Source of the DNA: an uncultured Gemmatimonadales bacterium
GTDB lineage: Bacteria > Gemmatimonadota > Gemmatimonadetes > Longimicrobiales > RSA9
NCBI GenBank assembly: GCA_963783305.1
Contig: CAWAMW010000017.1
Span: forward strand, 352,001 to 416,000
DNA: 64,000 nt
Reading direction: 5' to 3'
A model generated the notes under the pieces. The model was not told where the DNA came from, did no database searches, and saw nothing but the letters and a program-made list of their open reading frames with translations. Below are positions 20,029-29,939 of this stretch, piece by piece (within the stretch, counting starts at the first letter, position 1; the number at the start of each line of letters is the position of its first letter). The position numbers were made by a program, and so were the translations under genes.

Positions 20029-20454
20029 TCAGGCGCTGAGCCGCTCCGCGACCTCCGTCTGCTCGATCCGGACCGCCACCTCCGAGCCGTGCACCAGCGT
20101 GTTGTGCGCCGGGCAGCTCCGCGCCACGCGTTCCAGCATGGCCGCGTACTGCTCCGGGATCTCCTGCTCGAGCACCACCCGGACATCGAACCGACCGACA
20201 CGGCTCGGGTTCCTCGCACCCAGCTGCTCCACCTCCACCCGCATGCCCTCGTAGGGCAGTCCGCGGGAATGGCAGAACTGCTGCACGTACAGCGCAACGC
20301 AGGTTCCCACCGACGCACCCAGCAGCTCCAGCGGCATGGGCCCCTGGTCCTGACCGACGCCGGCCGGCTGATCCACGATGAGGGTGTGTCCACGGATCTG
20401 GGTGGCGAACTTCGTCCCCCCCTGGTGAGTAACGACCATCGGCTGGTGCGGCAT
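20029..20454 (-). CDS. OsmC/Ohr family protein
   Basis: DQP...GPMPLELLGASVGTC and CPAHNTL conserved Cys pair. Confidence 0.9.
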   Translation of the reverse strand: MPHQPMVVTHQGGTKFATQIRGHTLIVDQPAGVGQDQGPMPLELLGASVGTCVALYVQQFCHSRGLPYEGMRVEVEQLGARNPSRVGRFDVRVVLEQEIPEQYAAMLERVARSCPAHNTLVHGSEVAVRIEQTEVAERLSA

Positions 20455-20529
20455 GACGGCTCTCCTCTTGGCGGTAATATAACTGTGTGACGATGCAGTA
20501 TAACACCGCGGCCCGCGCCAGGTTCCCCG

Positions 20530-21621
20530 CTACTGGTACTGGATGTAGACGGGCGCGGGATCCAGCTCCAGAATCTCCTCGGGGGTCATGAGTCGCGACC
20601 CCCCTTTCAGGTCGTTCTTGAAGAAGAGCTTGAAGCCGAGGAACTGGTCGGCTTCGGGGGCCACGATGTCCCTGTAGGCGTGGCGCTTCTGGGAGGGTGG
20701 ACCCCAGCCATCCATGTTGATGACGACCTGCACGCGTGGGTCCCGCCGGATCCTCTCTGCACCCAGGATCATGTTCTGTGTGAAGCGGTGCACGACGAGG
20801 ACCTTGGGAGGGAGGTTGTGCTCATCCACGATGTCGGCGAGGAAGTCGATGGCGAAATTGATGTCGTCGGCGGTCATGGAGCCGATCTGACGTCCGGGGC
20901 GAACGCCGGGAGGCATGTTCCACTCGGGGTCGAGGGCGAGATGGACGTCGGGGCGAGCGAGCCATTTCCGGAGCCGGGGCAGCTCGCGGCGGACGGAGCT
21001 CTGTGCCGGCTGGATATCGAGGAATACGAGGGCGTCCCGGCGGTCAGCCCATTCGAGGACGCTCTCGATGCGCCGGGAGGGCATCTGTATGCGGTAGAGG
21101 CTATCGGGGCCGGGGTCGCCGGCGGCCATGACGGCGATCATGTGGAGGGCTGGCCGCACGGGCCTGGAAGGGTCAGCTCGCCGCCAGGCGGCGACCTCGC
21201 GGTCGAGGCGGGCGAGCATCTGATCGGGCGGCAGCTCGCCCAGGATGCCCATGCGAGCGGATGCGGGGTTCCCGTAAAAGGCGACCACGCGCTGCCGGGG
21301 CAGCACGGCGCCGGGCAGGACGGGCACCGGCTGGCGCGACACGGCTGCGCGCGCCGCCGCCGCTTCGCGCCTCTTCCTCTCCCGCTCCCTCTCCCTCTCG
21401 CGCTCGCGCTCCCTCCGCCGTTCGGCCTCGGGATCGGGACGGGGCTCCGGCGCGGCCGTATCGGGCCGGACGGGCTCGATGGCGACCGGTGCTCCGACCG
21501 GCTCCCCCGTCCGACCGGCTGCGGCGGTATCCGCCGGTATCGGCGTCGGCGCCTCCACCGTCTCCCTGCCGCACGCCGACAGCGCGATCGCCGCCAGCAC
21601 GACTCCGCTCTTCATGTTCAT
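20530..21621 (-). CDS. Conserved hypothetical lipoprotein
   Basis: LSAC lipobox, Pro- and ER-rich linker, conserved domain (VVAFYGNP...MGILGE, VHLALDPEW, INMDGWG, IQYQ end). Confidence 0.8.
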   Translation of the reverse strand: MNMKSGVVLAAIALSACGRETVEAPTPIPADTAAAGRTGEPVGAPVAIEPVRPDTAAPEPRPDPEAERRRERERERERERERKRREAAAARAAVSRQPVPVLPGAVLPRQRVVAFYGNPASARMGILGELPPDQMLARLDREVAAWRRADPSRPVRPALHMIAVMAAGDPGPDSLYRIQMPSRRIESVLEWADRRDALVFLDIQPAQSSVRRELPRLRKWLARPDVHLALDPEWNMPPGVRPGRQIGSMTADDINFAIDFLADIVDEHNLPPKVLVVHRFTQNMILGAERIRRDPRVQVVINMDGWGPPSQKRHAYRDIVAPEADQFLGFKLFFKNDLKGGSRLMTPEEILELDPAPVYIQYQ

Positions 21622-21909
21622 CGACCGTCCCGCTCCACCAGAGTTTATCCAGGATCCCGTTGTACACCGCTGCGACGTAAGGGTAGCAACAATTGGGCGA
21701 ATGGGACCTGTACGGCCAGGATGATGATCGCGGTCTGGGGGGAGCGGCTGCTGGAGCGCTCCGGATGGATGGGGGCGTTAGGCGGGTCGCGCCGGGCTGT
21801 GAAGCTGGCGCGAAACCGGCTGTGTGATAACGTTACGGCGGTGTGGCCGGGGTCCGTGGCACCTCGGCCACAGGGCGAGTCCACTGATGCATGCGTGGCG
21901 GAGGAAGAG

Positions 21910-22251
21910 ATGGGAGACGGGACGGGAGCCCCCCTGACGTCGGAACTGATGGAGCTCGTGGCGGAGCGCTTCAAGGCTCTGGCCGAGCCGGCGCGGCTGC
22001 AGATCCTGCAGTCGCTGCGCAGCGGTGAGCGCACGGTTTCGGAGCTGGTGGAGAGCACGGAGTTGGGGCAGGCGAACGTCTCGAAGCACCTGCAGCTCCT
22101 GCACGCCCTCGGCTTCGTGGAGCGGCGTAAGGAGGGGCTGTACGTGCATTACCGCCTGGGCGGCGAGGACATCTTCCGGATGTGCGACCTCATGTGCGGC
22201 CGCATCGAGGAGGAGGCCGAGCGCCGGCGGAATATGCTCCGGGGGCGATAG
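21910..22251 (+). CDS. ArsR/SmtB family transcriptional regulator
   Basis: FKALAEPARLQIL, QANVSKHLQLL, VERRKEG...YRL. Confidence 0.92.
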   Translation: MGDGTGAPLTSELMELVAERFKALAEPARLQILQSLRSGERTVSELVESTELGQANVSKHLQLLHALGFVERRKEGLYVHYRLGGEDIFRMCDLMCGRIEEEAERRRNMLRGR

Positions 22252-22541
22252 CCGCCCCCCTCGACCCGCGAGCCCCCGGTCCCACAATCCCGCCATTCCG
22301 CGTCGATCCTGAGCGAAATCTGCGTAAGCCCTTCCACTGTACCCGCGGGGCGGCGGCTGTCGGGATTTTCCCGGCGCCTCTCGCGGGAGTGTCCCGACAG
22401 CGCGCTCCGTGTGCCCTCCTGATTATCCACGGCGTCGGCGGCCGGGGTGGAGTGAGGGCCACGCTGCCGATATGTTGTGCGACTGGGGGCGGGTGACCAC
22501 GAGGCATGCTGCGCGAATACACCGGATGGAGGAAGGCCTGT

Positions 22542-23753
22542 ATGGAGACGGAACGGTATCTGGAAGAGGCGGAGCGCTACAGCGCCCATAACTACCACCC
22601 GCTGCCGGTGGTGCTGACGCGAGGCGAGGGGATCTGGGTGTGGGACGTGGAGGGGAACCGGTACCTGGACATGCTGTCGGCCTACTCGGCGGTGAACCAG
22701 GGCCACGCGCATCCGAAGATCGTCCAGGCGCTCATCGACCAGGCCCGGCGGCTGCCGCTGACTTCCAGAGCGTTCCACAACGACCGCATGGGCCCTTTCC
22801 TGAAGCGGCTGTGCGAGGTGACCGGTTTCGAGCAGGCGCTCCCCATGAACACGGGGGCGGAGGCCGTGGAGACAGCGATCAAGGCGGTGCGGAAGTGGGG
22901 CTACGACGTGAAGGGGGTTCCCGCCGGTGAAGCCGAGATCATCGTGTTCAGCGGCAATTTCCATGGCCGCACGACGACCGTGATCAGCTTCTCGTCGGAG
23001 GAGCTGTACAAGGAGGGCTTCGGCCCGCTCACGCCGGGCTTCACGATCCTGCCGTACGGTGATATCGAGGCGGTGCGCGAGGCGATGAGCGACCGAACGG
23101 TGGGTATTCTCGTGGAGCCGATCCAGGGCGAGGCGGGCGTGGTCGTCCCGCCGGAAGGCTTCATGGAGGGGCTCCGGGAGCTGTGTGATGAGCACGGTGC
23201 AGCGCTGATTGCGGACGAGATCCAGACGGGCCTCGGCCGGACCGGCCGGATGTTCGCGGTGGAGTGGTCGGGTGTGCGGCCGGACGTGCTGATCGTGGGC
23301 AAGGCGCTGGGCGGCGGCGTGTACCCGGTCAGCGCGATCCTGGCGGACCGCGAGATCATGGAGGTCTTCACCCCCGGCACACACGGCTCCACCTTCGGCG
23401 GCAACCCCACGGGAGCGGCCGTGGGACTGGCGGCACTGGACGTGCTGGTGGAGGAGAAGCTCACGGAGCGGGCCGACGAGCTGGGCCGCTGGTTCATGGA
23501 CGAGCTGAGAAAGATCGACTCTCCCGTGATCAAGGAGGTTCGCGGACGGGGTCTTCTGATCGGCGTCGTGCTGAACGGGCCCGCACGGCCGTACTGCGAA
23601 GCGCTCCAGGAGCGCGGGATGCTGGCGAAGGAGACGCACGAAAACGTGGTACGTTTCGCACCGCCGCTGGTGATCAGTCGGGAGCAGCTGGAGGCGGTGC
23701 TGCCAGCGATCCGAGAGGTGCTGAGCCAGGAGTTGGCCGCCGCACCAGCCTGA
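22542..23753 (+). CDS. rocD: Ornithine--oxo-acid transaminase
   Basis: SAHNYHPLPVV, LSAYSAVNQGH, EPIQGEAG, ADEIQTGLGRTG, GKALGGG, HGSTFGGNP. Confidence 0.96.
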   Translation: METERYLEEAERYSAHNYHPLPVVLTRGEGIWVWDVEGNRYLDMLSAYSAVNQGHAHPKIVQALIDQARRLPLTSRAFHNDRMGPFLKRLCEVTGFEQALPMNTGAEAVETAIKAVRKWGYDVKGVPAGEAEIIVFSGNFHGRTTTVISFSSEELYKEGFGPLTPGFTILPYGDIEAVREAMSDRTVGILVEPIQGEAGVVVPPEGFMEGLRELCDEHGAALIADEIQTGLGRTGRMFAVEWSGVRPDVLIVGKALGGGVYPVSAILADREIMEVFTPGTHGSTFGGNPTGAAVGLAALDVLVEEKLTERADELGRWFMDELRKIDSPVIKEVRGRGLLIGVVLNGPARPYCEALQERGMLAKETHENVVRFAPPLVISREQLEAVLPAIREVLSQELAAAPA

Positions 23754-23848
23754 AGGTCCAGGGCCGCGGGGAGCGCTGCTCCCCGCGGCCTGTTCACGCA
23801 ACCCAACGAACGGTCACGAATGGGTACCAACCCGCACGCGGGCAGCCC

Positions 23849-25027
23849 GTGAAGCTGCCTGACCTGCCGTCCCGCCCCACGGCTCGGGTGCAGAGCTGGC
23901 TCGAGCACCCGGTCCTCCGGGTCCTCCTGGTCGTGGCGCTGCTGTACGCCTTCCTGGTGGGGGTGAACGGCCTCGGCAGCGGCTTCGAGCTCCTCAGTGG
24001 CGACGTCCTGGACACCTTTTTCGCGGCCACCGAGAACCCCTTCATCGGGCTGATGGTCGGGATCCTCGCCACCACGCTCATGCAGAGCTCGTCGGTGACC
24101 ACATCGCTGATCGTCGGGCTCGTGGCCGCGCCGGACAACCCGCTCCCGGTGGCCACCGCGATCCCCATGGTCATGGGTGCGAACATCGGGACCACCGTGA
24201 CCAACACCATCGCCTCTCTGGCCCACATGGGTTGGAAGGAAGAGTTCCGGCGAGCGTTCGCCGTGGCCACGGTGCATGACTTCTTCAACTACATCGCGGT
24301 TCTGCTGCTGCTCCCGCTGGAGCTGGCGACGGGCTTCCTGGAAAAGAGCGCCCACGCGCTGGCGGGCGCGCTGGGCGGGTTCGGCGGTGCGCAGTACGAG
24401 AGCCCGATCAAGGGTGCGATCAAGGCGGGCGGCGCGCCCCTGAAAGAGCTGGTGCACCTGGTTGCGCCCACCGATCACTGGGCGGCGCTGGGATACATCC
24501 TGTTGAGCGCGCTCATTATCTTCGTGAGTCTCATGGCGATCGTGTCGGTCATGCGATCAGCGATGAAGAGCCGGATGGAGCGCCTGGTGTCGAAGGCGTT
24601 CGAGAACAACGTGCTGATCGCCATGATCGTGGGGGTGGTGGCGACGGTCATGGTGCAATCGAGCTCCATCACCACGTCGCTTCTCGTGCCGCTCGCGGGA
24701 GCGGGCGTGCTCTCGCTCGCGCAGGCGTTCCCGATCACGCTGGGCGCGAACGTGGGAACCACGGTGACGGCGCTCCTGGCGGCGCTCGCGGCCACGGACG
24801 AGAACGCGGCCGCAGGTCTGACCATCGCCCTGGTCCACCTGCTCTTCAACGTGACGGGGATCCTGTTGATCTATCCGGTCCCCAGGATTCGGAGAATTCC
24901 CCTGGACGCGGCCCGGAAGCTGGCCGACGTGGCGGCCCGCTCCAAGATCCTCGCGATCCTCTATGTGGTCGTACTTTTCTATGGTGTCCCGGCGCTGTTC
25001 GCGATCCTGGGCCGAGCTTTCGGGTAG
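23849..25027 (+). CDS. Na+/phosphate cotransporter (SLC34/NptA family)
   Basis: Two QSSS repeats, each followed by GAN(I/V)GTTVT. Confidence 0.92.
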   Translation: MKLPDLPSRPTARVQSWLEHPVLRVLLVVALLYAFLVGVNGLGSGFELLSGDVLDTFFAATENPFIGLMVGILATTLMQSSSVTTSLIVGLVAAPDNPLPVATAIPMVMGANIGTTVTNTIASLAHMGWKEEFRRAFAVATVHDFFNYIAVLLLLPLELATGFLEKSAHALAGALGGFGGAQYESPIKGAIKAGGAPLKELVHLVAPTDHWAALGYILLSALIIFVSLMAIVSVMRSAMKSRMERLVSKAFENNVLIAMIVGVVATVMVQSSSITTSLLVPLAGAGVLSLAQAFPITLGANVGTTVTALLAALAATDENAAAGLTIALVHLLFNVTGILLIYPVPRIRRIPLDAARKLADVAARSKILAILYVVVLFYGVPALFAILGRAFG

Positions 25028-25035
25028 GAGGTTAC

Positions 25036-25737
25036 ATGCTTCGTGAACTGCTTTCCCTGTTCCGGTCGAACGACCCCATCGCGGAGATGGGGACGAACTT
25101 CACCAGGATGCTCGAGCTGGCCACCGAGCTCACGCTCAATGCCGGCCGGTACTTCTTCGATGGCCCGCCCACACCGGACGAACGAACGTCGGTGTCCACG
25201 CGGGACGTGCAGCTGAACAAGATGGAGCGGCGCCTCCGCAAGCAGGTGATCACGCACCTGGCGCTGGGCGAAGGTCAGGCGGACGCCGCCTACGGTCTGC
25301 TCCTCATGAGCCTCGTGAAGGACGTGGAGCGGATCGGCGACTACTGCAAGAACCTGGCGGAGGTATACGACGACGGCGGCGGCCCCCTCCCCGACGACGA
25401 AAACGCCGCCGAGTTGAGCGAGATCCGCGCGGTGGTGGAGGAATCGCTGTCGCTCACCGGGCGGGTGTTCAGCACCTCGGACACCGAAACGGCACTGGAC
25501 CTGATCCGCCGGGGTCGGGAGGTGAACCGCCGCTGTGATGCGCTCGTCAAGCGGGTGGCCGGCAGCGAGTACGGGGCTGCGTCCACCACCACCCTGGTGC
25601 TCGGCGCGCGCTACTACAAGCGGGTGGAGTCACACCTCCTGAACGTGCTCTCGGGCGTGGTCATGCCGCTGCACAAGCTCGACTACTACGACGAGCGCGC
25701 CCTCCCGGGCGGCGGCGACGACGGCGAGGACGACTAG
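25036..25737 (+). CDS. PhoU-domain protein
   Basis: DVQLNKMER...KDVERIGDYCKN PhoU-like motif; coupled to the Na/Pi transporter. Confidence 0.85.
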   Translation: MLRELLSLFRSNDPIAEMGTNFTRMLELATELTLNAGRYFFDGPPTPDERTSVSTRDVQLNKMERRLRKQVITHLALGEGQADAAYGLLLMSLVKDVERIGDYCKNLAEVYDDGGGPLPDDENAAELSEIRAVVEESLSLTGRVFSTSDTETALDLIRRGREVNRRCDALVKRVAGSEYGAASTTTLVLGARYYKRVESHLLNVLSGVVMPLHKLDYYDERALPGGGDDGEDD

Positions 25738-25742
25738 CACGA

Positions 25743-25880
25743 ACGGTCGCTGCGCTCCCTGTCGTACGGTCGCTGCGCTCCCTGTCGTACGGTCGCTGCG
25801 CTCCCTATGGAACGCTTCGCTGCGCTCGCTATCGAACGCTTCGGCCTTCGGCCTGGCTATCGGGCTGGCTTCGCTCTCAC
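25743..25880. repeat. Tandem 23-bp repeat (ACGGTCGCTGCGCTCCCTGTCGT) x~3 plus degenerate copies between convergent genes
   Basis: Exact copies at 25743 and 25766, partial copy at 25789, then ACGCTTCGCTGCGCTCGCTATCGA-type variants. Confidence 0.88.
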
Positions 25881-25897
25881 CGGCCGGCACGACCGCC

Positions 25898-27319
25898 TCA
25901 GACGTCGAAGTACAGCCCCACCTCGTAGGGGTGCGGGCGCGCGCGCACGGCCATCACCTCCTTCTCCCGCTTGGTTCGGATCCAGCGCTCGATCAGCTCT
26001 TCGCTGAACACTCCGCCCTCCGTTAGGAAGGCGTGGTCGGCGGCGAGGGCATCGAGGGCGTCCTCCAGGGTGGTCGGGAGCTGGCCGATCTGCGCCACCT
26101 CCTGGGAGGAGAGCGAGAAGACGTCCGCGTCGATGGGTCCGAAGCCGTGCTCGGACGGGTCGATCTTCCGACGGATCCCATCCACGCCGGCCATGAGCTG
26201 GGCGGCCATGGAGAGGTAGATGTTGCCTGTGGCGTCCGGGGGTCGGAACTCCATCCGCACGGCGTCGGGGGCGGTGGCGTACTTGGGGATGCGAACGGCG
26301 GCGCTGCGGTTGGCGAGTGAGAAGAAGGTGCGAACGGGCGCCTCGAAGCCGGGGACGAGCCGTCGGTAGGAGTTGGTGCTGGGGTTGGTGATGCCCAGGA
26401 GCGCGGGCGCGTGGAGCAGGAGGCCCCCGATGTACCAGCGGGCGGTGTCGCTCAGCAGTCCGTAGCCGTCCGGGTCGTAGAAGAGGTTCCCGCCGGCGTG
26501 GGTGAGCTGCTGGTGGAAGTGCATCCCGCTCCCGGCCTCGCCGAAGAGCGGCTTGGGCATGAACGTGGTGGTCTGGCCGTGCTGGTGGGCGGTCATCTTG
26601 GCGACGTACTTCACCAGCATGCCCATGTCGCCGGCGTCGACGATCCCGGCGAGGGGGATCTCCAGCTCGACCTGTCCGGGTCCGCCCACCTCGTGGTGGT
26701 GGTACTTCACCGGGACCCGCATGGCCTCGAGGTGGATCGAGATCTCGGAGCGGAGGTTGAAGAGCCGGTCGCGGGGCGGTATGGCGTGGTACCCGCCGCC
26801 CACCGGTATGACGTGGCCCTGCCCGCCGTTCGCCAGCGACCATTCGGCCTCGGCGGAGTCCACGCGGTACGAGGCGCGGTTGGGGCCGTTGTCGATCCGG
26901 ACGTCGTCGAAGACGTAGAACTCGAACTCGGGGCCCCACAGGCTGGACGCGCCGTCCACCGTGCTGCGCAGGAACGACTCGGCGCGGGCCGCGGTGTTGC
27001 GCGGGTCGTGGGGGTAGGGCTCCTTGGTGTCCGGCTCCATGGCGTAGCAGATGAAGCTGAGGGTCGGCTCGTCCCAGAACGGATCCATGGCGCCGGTGGC
27101 CAGGTCGGGCACGAGGACCATGTCACCGGACGCGACGCTTCGGAACCCGACGCTCGAGCCGTCGAAGCCGACGCCCTCCTCCATCACCGTCTCGTCGAAC
27201 TGCGCGGCCGGCAGGGTCACGTGGTGCCAGCGGCCCCACAGGTCGACAAACTTGAGATCCACCATGCGCGAGCCGGAGTCTTCGATGTGCCGGCGAGCAT
27301 CAGCGAAATCGTTGAACAT
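25898..27319 (-). CDS. glnA: Glutamine synthetase type I
   Basis: FDGSS, GPEFEF, HHHEVG, TFMPKP, GSGMHFH, YRRLVPGFEAP, NRSAAVRIP, MEFRPPD. Confidence 0.96.
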   Translation of the reverse strand: MFNDFADARRHIEDSGSRMVDLKFVDLWGRWHHVTLPAAQFDETVMEEGVGFDGSSVGFRSVASGDMVLVPDLATGAMDPFWDEPTLSFICYAMEPDTKEPYPHDPRNTAARAESFLRSTVDGASSLWGPEFEFYVFDDVRIDNGPNRASYRVDSAEAEWSLANGGQGHVIPVGGGYHAIPPRDRLFNLRSEISIHLEAMRVPVKYHHHEVGGPGQVELEIPLAGIVDAGDMGMLVKYVAKMTAHQHGQTTTFMPKPLFGEAGSGMHFHQQLTHAGGNLFYDPDGYGLLSDTARWYIGGLLLHAPALLGITNPSTNSYRRLVPGFEAPVRTFFSLANRSAAVRIPKYATAPDAVRMEFRPPDATGNIYLSMAAQLMAGVDGIRRKIDPSEHGFGPIDADVFSLSSQEVAQIGQLPTTLEDALDALAADHAFLTEGGVFSEELIERWIRTKREKEVMAVRARPHPYEVGLYFDV

Positions 27320-27480
27320 GTGCTTCTATCCCTTCCGCGTTCGGCCATGACCGACGCGCCGTTTCCGTTGAGTGCCGGGGCGCCCGGACGGGGCGCGGAC
27401 CGGGAAGGGAAAGTACAGGTGGGGAATTGCGGGGGCCACATGGCTCCGGGAGCACCCGGGCATCGGCCCCGGCAGCGGCG

Positions 27481-28524
27481 TCAGCGCTCCTCGTCGGGAG
27501 TGGTATGGAGGGAGTCGGAGTCGGGGGGTCCGTTCTCCCGGATCAGCGTCTCCAGGAGGTCGCCGGTCCGCTCCAGCTCCTCCATCCGGAGTGTGTGCCG
27601 CTTGAGCTGGCGGTCGCCCAGGCCGCGCTCGCGGGCGCGCTCGACCAGGAGCCCGGTGAGCGCGGTCTCCTCACGCAGCGCCCGGAGCGCCGACTCCAGC
27701 AGGTCGTCGCGCCGGGTCGCCTGCTCGTCCATGAGCGTCTCGGGACCGAAGAGGTGCCCGATGCGGCAGACGAACTCGGTGAGCCCGTGCTCGTCGACCT
27801 CCCAGAGCGCGCCGTTGCACTCCGGGCAGGTGAAGCCGGAGGCGGCGTTGACGGGATGGGGGGTGTCCGGGTCACGAATGTTCATCGAGGACTCCTTTCC
27901 CTGGTCGGTCAGCTCATCGGGTGTGGGCGCCGCCACTCCCGCCGGGGGCCGCGTGATGCGGGTGAGGAGCGGGGGCAGCTCGGCGATGCCCACGGTATGG
28001 TCGGGGTCCAGGAACTCGAGGGCGGAGGCCGGCATGCCGGGGAACGCGGCGTCCTCGGGGTCCTGAACGATGGTGGTGCCCCCCGCCCGCTCCACCGCGA
28101 GGAGGCCGGCCGTCCCGTTGTCCAGCATGCCCGTCAGGACCACGCCCACCACGCGCGGGCCGCGGCACGCGGCGGCCGAGCGGAAGAGCGGGTTCACCGC
28201 GGGTCGGGTCCGGTTCTCCTTGGGCCCGCGGCTCAGGTGGACATGCCCCGGCCGTACGAGCAGGTGGCGATCGGGAGGCGCCACGTAGACGTGGCCGGGT
28301 CGGGTCGGCTCCCCGTCCTCCGCGAAGCTGGCGGTGAGGGGCCCCGCGCGATCCAGGATCTGCGCCAGGAAGGAGACGCCCTTCGGGGCGGTGTGAACCG
28401 CCACGAAGATGGAGGCGGGGAAATCGCCGGGGAGCGAAGACAGGAGTCTCCGCAGCGCCGCCACGCCCCCCGCGGAGGCGCCAATCACGACCGTGTCCCT
28501 GTGGACCTTGCTGCTGTGGATCAT
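27481..28524 (-). CDS. cheB: CheB-type methylesterase domain protein with C-terminal CPECxG...CxxGH module
   Basis: IGASAGG, YVAPPDRHL, RPAVNPLFRS, LTGMLDNG, VQDP; no receiver domain. Confidence 0.85.
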   Translation of the reverse strand: MIHSSKVHRDTVVIGASAGGVAALRRLLSSLPGDFPASIFVAVHTAPKGVSFLAQILDRAGPLTASFAEDGEPTRPGHVYVAPPDRHLLVRPGHVHLSRGPKENRTRPAVNPLFRSAAACRGPRVVGVVLTGMLDNGTAGLLAVERAGGTTIVQDPEDAAFPGMPASALEFLDPDHTVGIAELPPLLTRITRPPAGVAAPTPDELTDQGKESSMNIRDPDTPHPVNAASGFTCPECNGALWEVDEHGLTEFVCRIGHLFGPETLMDEQATRRDDLLESALRALREETALTGLLVERARERGLGDRQLKRHTLRMEELERTGDLLETLIRENGPPDSDSLHTTPDEER

Positions 28525-28655
28525 CGTCCTCCGATCCTGTCATGGGTTTCCGGCCGTGTGCCGGACGCCTCAGACGTCAGCAATCTCCGCTCCACCCGCT
28601 CGGCTCGACCGGGTGGGAGCGCGCGGGCGCGGCCCGGGTTCAGCGGCGGAGAGAA

Positions 28656-29276
28656 TCAGCCAATCAGGGGGAGGGCGGCGCGGCCGGATTCCGCCAGTCG
28701 CAGGAGGAGGTCCGCGATCTCGCGGGGGGGCAGCACCGCGTCCGCGAGACCGGCCGCCACCACCGATGCGGGCATCCGCTGCGTCCCGGCCGTCACCGGG
28801 TCCTGGACGACCACGACGCCACCCGCCCGGCGGACGGCGCGCGCTCCCGGCGTGCCGTCATCCCCGCCGCCGCTCAGGATGACCGCCACCACGCGCTGGT
28901 CGTAGACCCTGGCCGCCGATTCCATGACCGGGTCGAGGGCGGAAGCGACGAAGTGGGGGCGGCCGCCGCGGAACGAGACGGCGCCGTCGGGCTCCAGCAC
29001 GAGGTTGCGATCGGGCGGTGCCACGAGCACGCGGCCGGGCCGCGCCTCGGAGCCGTCCGTGGCGTCGACCACGTCCAGCGCCGTGGACCTGCGGAGGATT
29101 CCGGAAAGGACGCTGGGCATGTCGGGCACCCGGTGCAGCACCACCGCGATCGCCGCCGGGAAGGAGGCGGGCAGACCCGCGAGGACAGTCCGCATGGGGC
29201 CCAGCGCTCCGGCCGACCCGCCGATCACCACCATCGCGAACGGTCGGGGAGGAGCGGCCTGACGAGTCTGGCTCAT
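28656..29276 (-). CDS. cheB: Stand-alone CheB-type methylesterase domain protein
   Basis: IGGSAG, VLHR, LSGGGDDG, VVQDP. Confidence 0.82.
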   Translation of the reverse strand: MSQTRQAAPPRPFAMVVIGGSAGALGPMRTVLAGLPASFPAAIAVVLHRVPDMPSVLSGILRRSTALDVVDATDGSEARPGRVLVAPPDRNLVLEPDGAVSFRGGRPHFVASALDPVMESAARVYDQRVVAVILSGGGDDGTPGARAVRRAGGVVVVQDPVTAGTQRMPASVVAAGLADAVLPPREIADLLLRLAESGRAALPLIG

Positions 29277-29406
29277 GGGGTCCCACGCGGGAGGGGGACG
29301 GGGGCGGCCGCCGGCACCCGACCGGCGATGCGGCACGTCTGCCTCGCCCCCGCTCAATGTGGCACCCTTCCGGCCGCGGCGCGAGCGGCACGAACTCCAG
29401 GATGAG

Positions 29407-29688
29407 TCAGCCGTCGCGGTCGCGCCGCAGAGCCCGCTCCTCCAGCTCACGCTGGTCCTCGTGCGTGCGGCGCGCCTTCTCGTCCAGCATGTGCGCCTGC
29501 TCCGCCAGATCCGTGGCGCGCGCGTGCAGGTGGTGCGCTCGCTCCTCCGCCCGCGCACCCTGCTCCCGGGCCGTCGACAGGATCCCGGCCGCCTCCGTCG
29601 AGCCCAGCCGAGCGGCGGCCCGCCGCTGGAGCTCCGCCACCGCTTCTTCCAGCGCGTCCAGACGCTCTTCCACCGATCGCTGCGACAT
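29407..29688 (-). CDS. Small coiled-coil hypothetical protein
   Basis: GGAG RBS before MSQRSVEERLDALEEAVAEL; helical, Glu-rich. Confidence 0.6.
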   Translation of the reverse strand: MSQRSVEERLDALEEAVAELQRRAAARLGSTEAAGILSTAREQGARAEERAHHLHARATDLAEQAHMLDEKARRTHEDQRELEERALRRDRDG

Positions 29689-29939
29689 CTCGCCTCCCCT
29701 GGTTCGCTCCCGTGCCCGCTGCCAGCATGCACAGCGCGCACCAAGCGGGCGCCGTGATGGCCGCGGAATGGCCGCGTCGAGGGGCGGGCGCGGGGGGAGG
29801 ATACAGATTGACACCCATGGTGCGGACGGACATGTTTCGACGTACGGGGCGCCGCTCTCGGGGCCCCGACCCGCTCTACCTGTGCGACGACAATGGCGCG
29901 CTCTTCCGGGGTCCCTTTTCCTGCACCCAAGCAGCACCC

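Noticed and set aside
25743..25880. Possible CRISPR array
   Set aside because: Repeats are contiguous with no unique spacers, and no cas genes are present.
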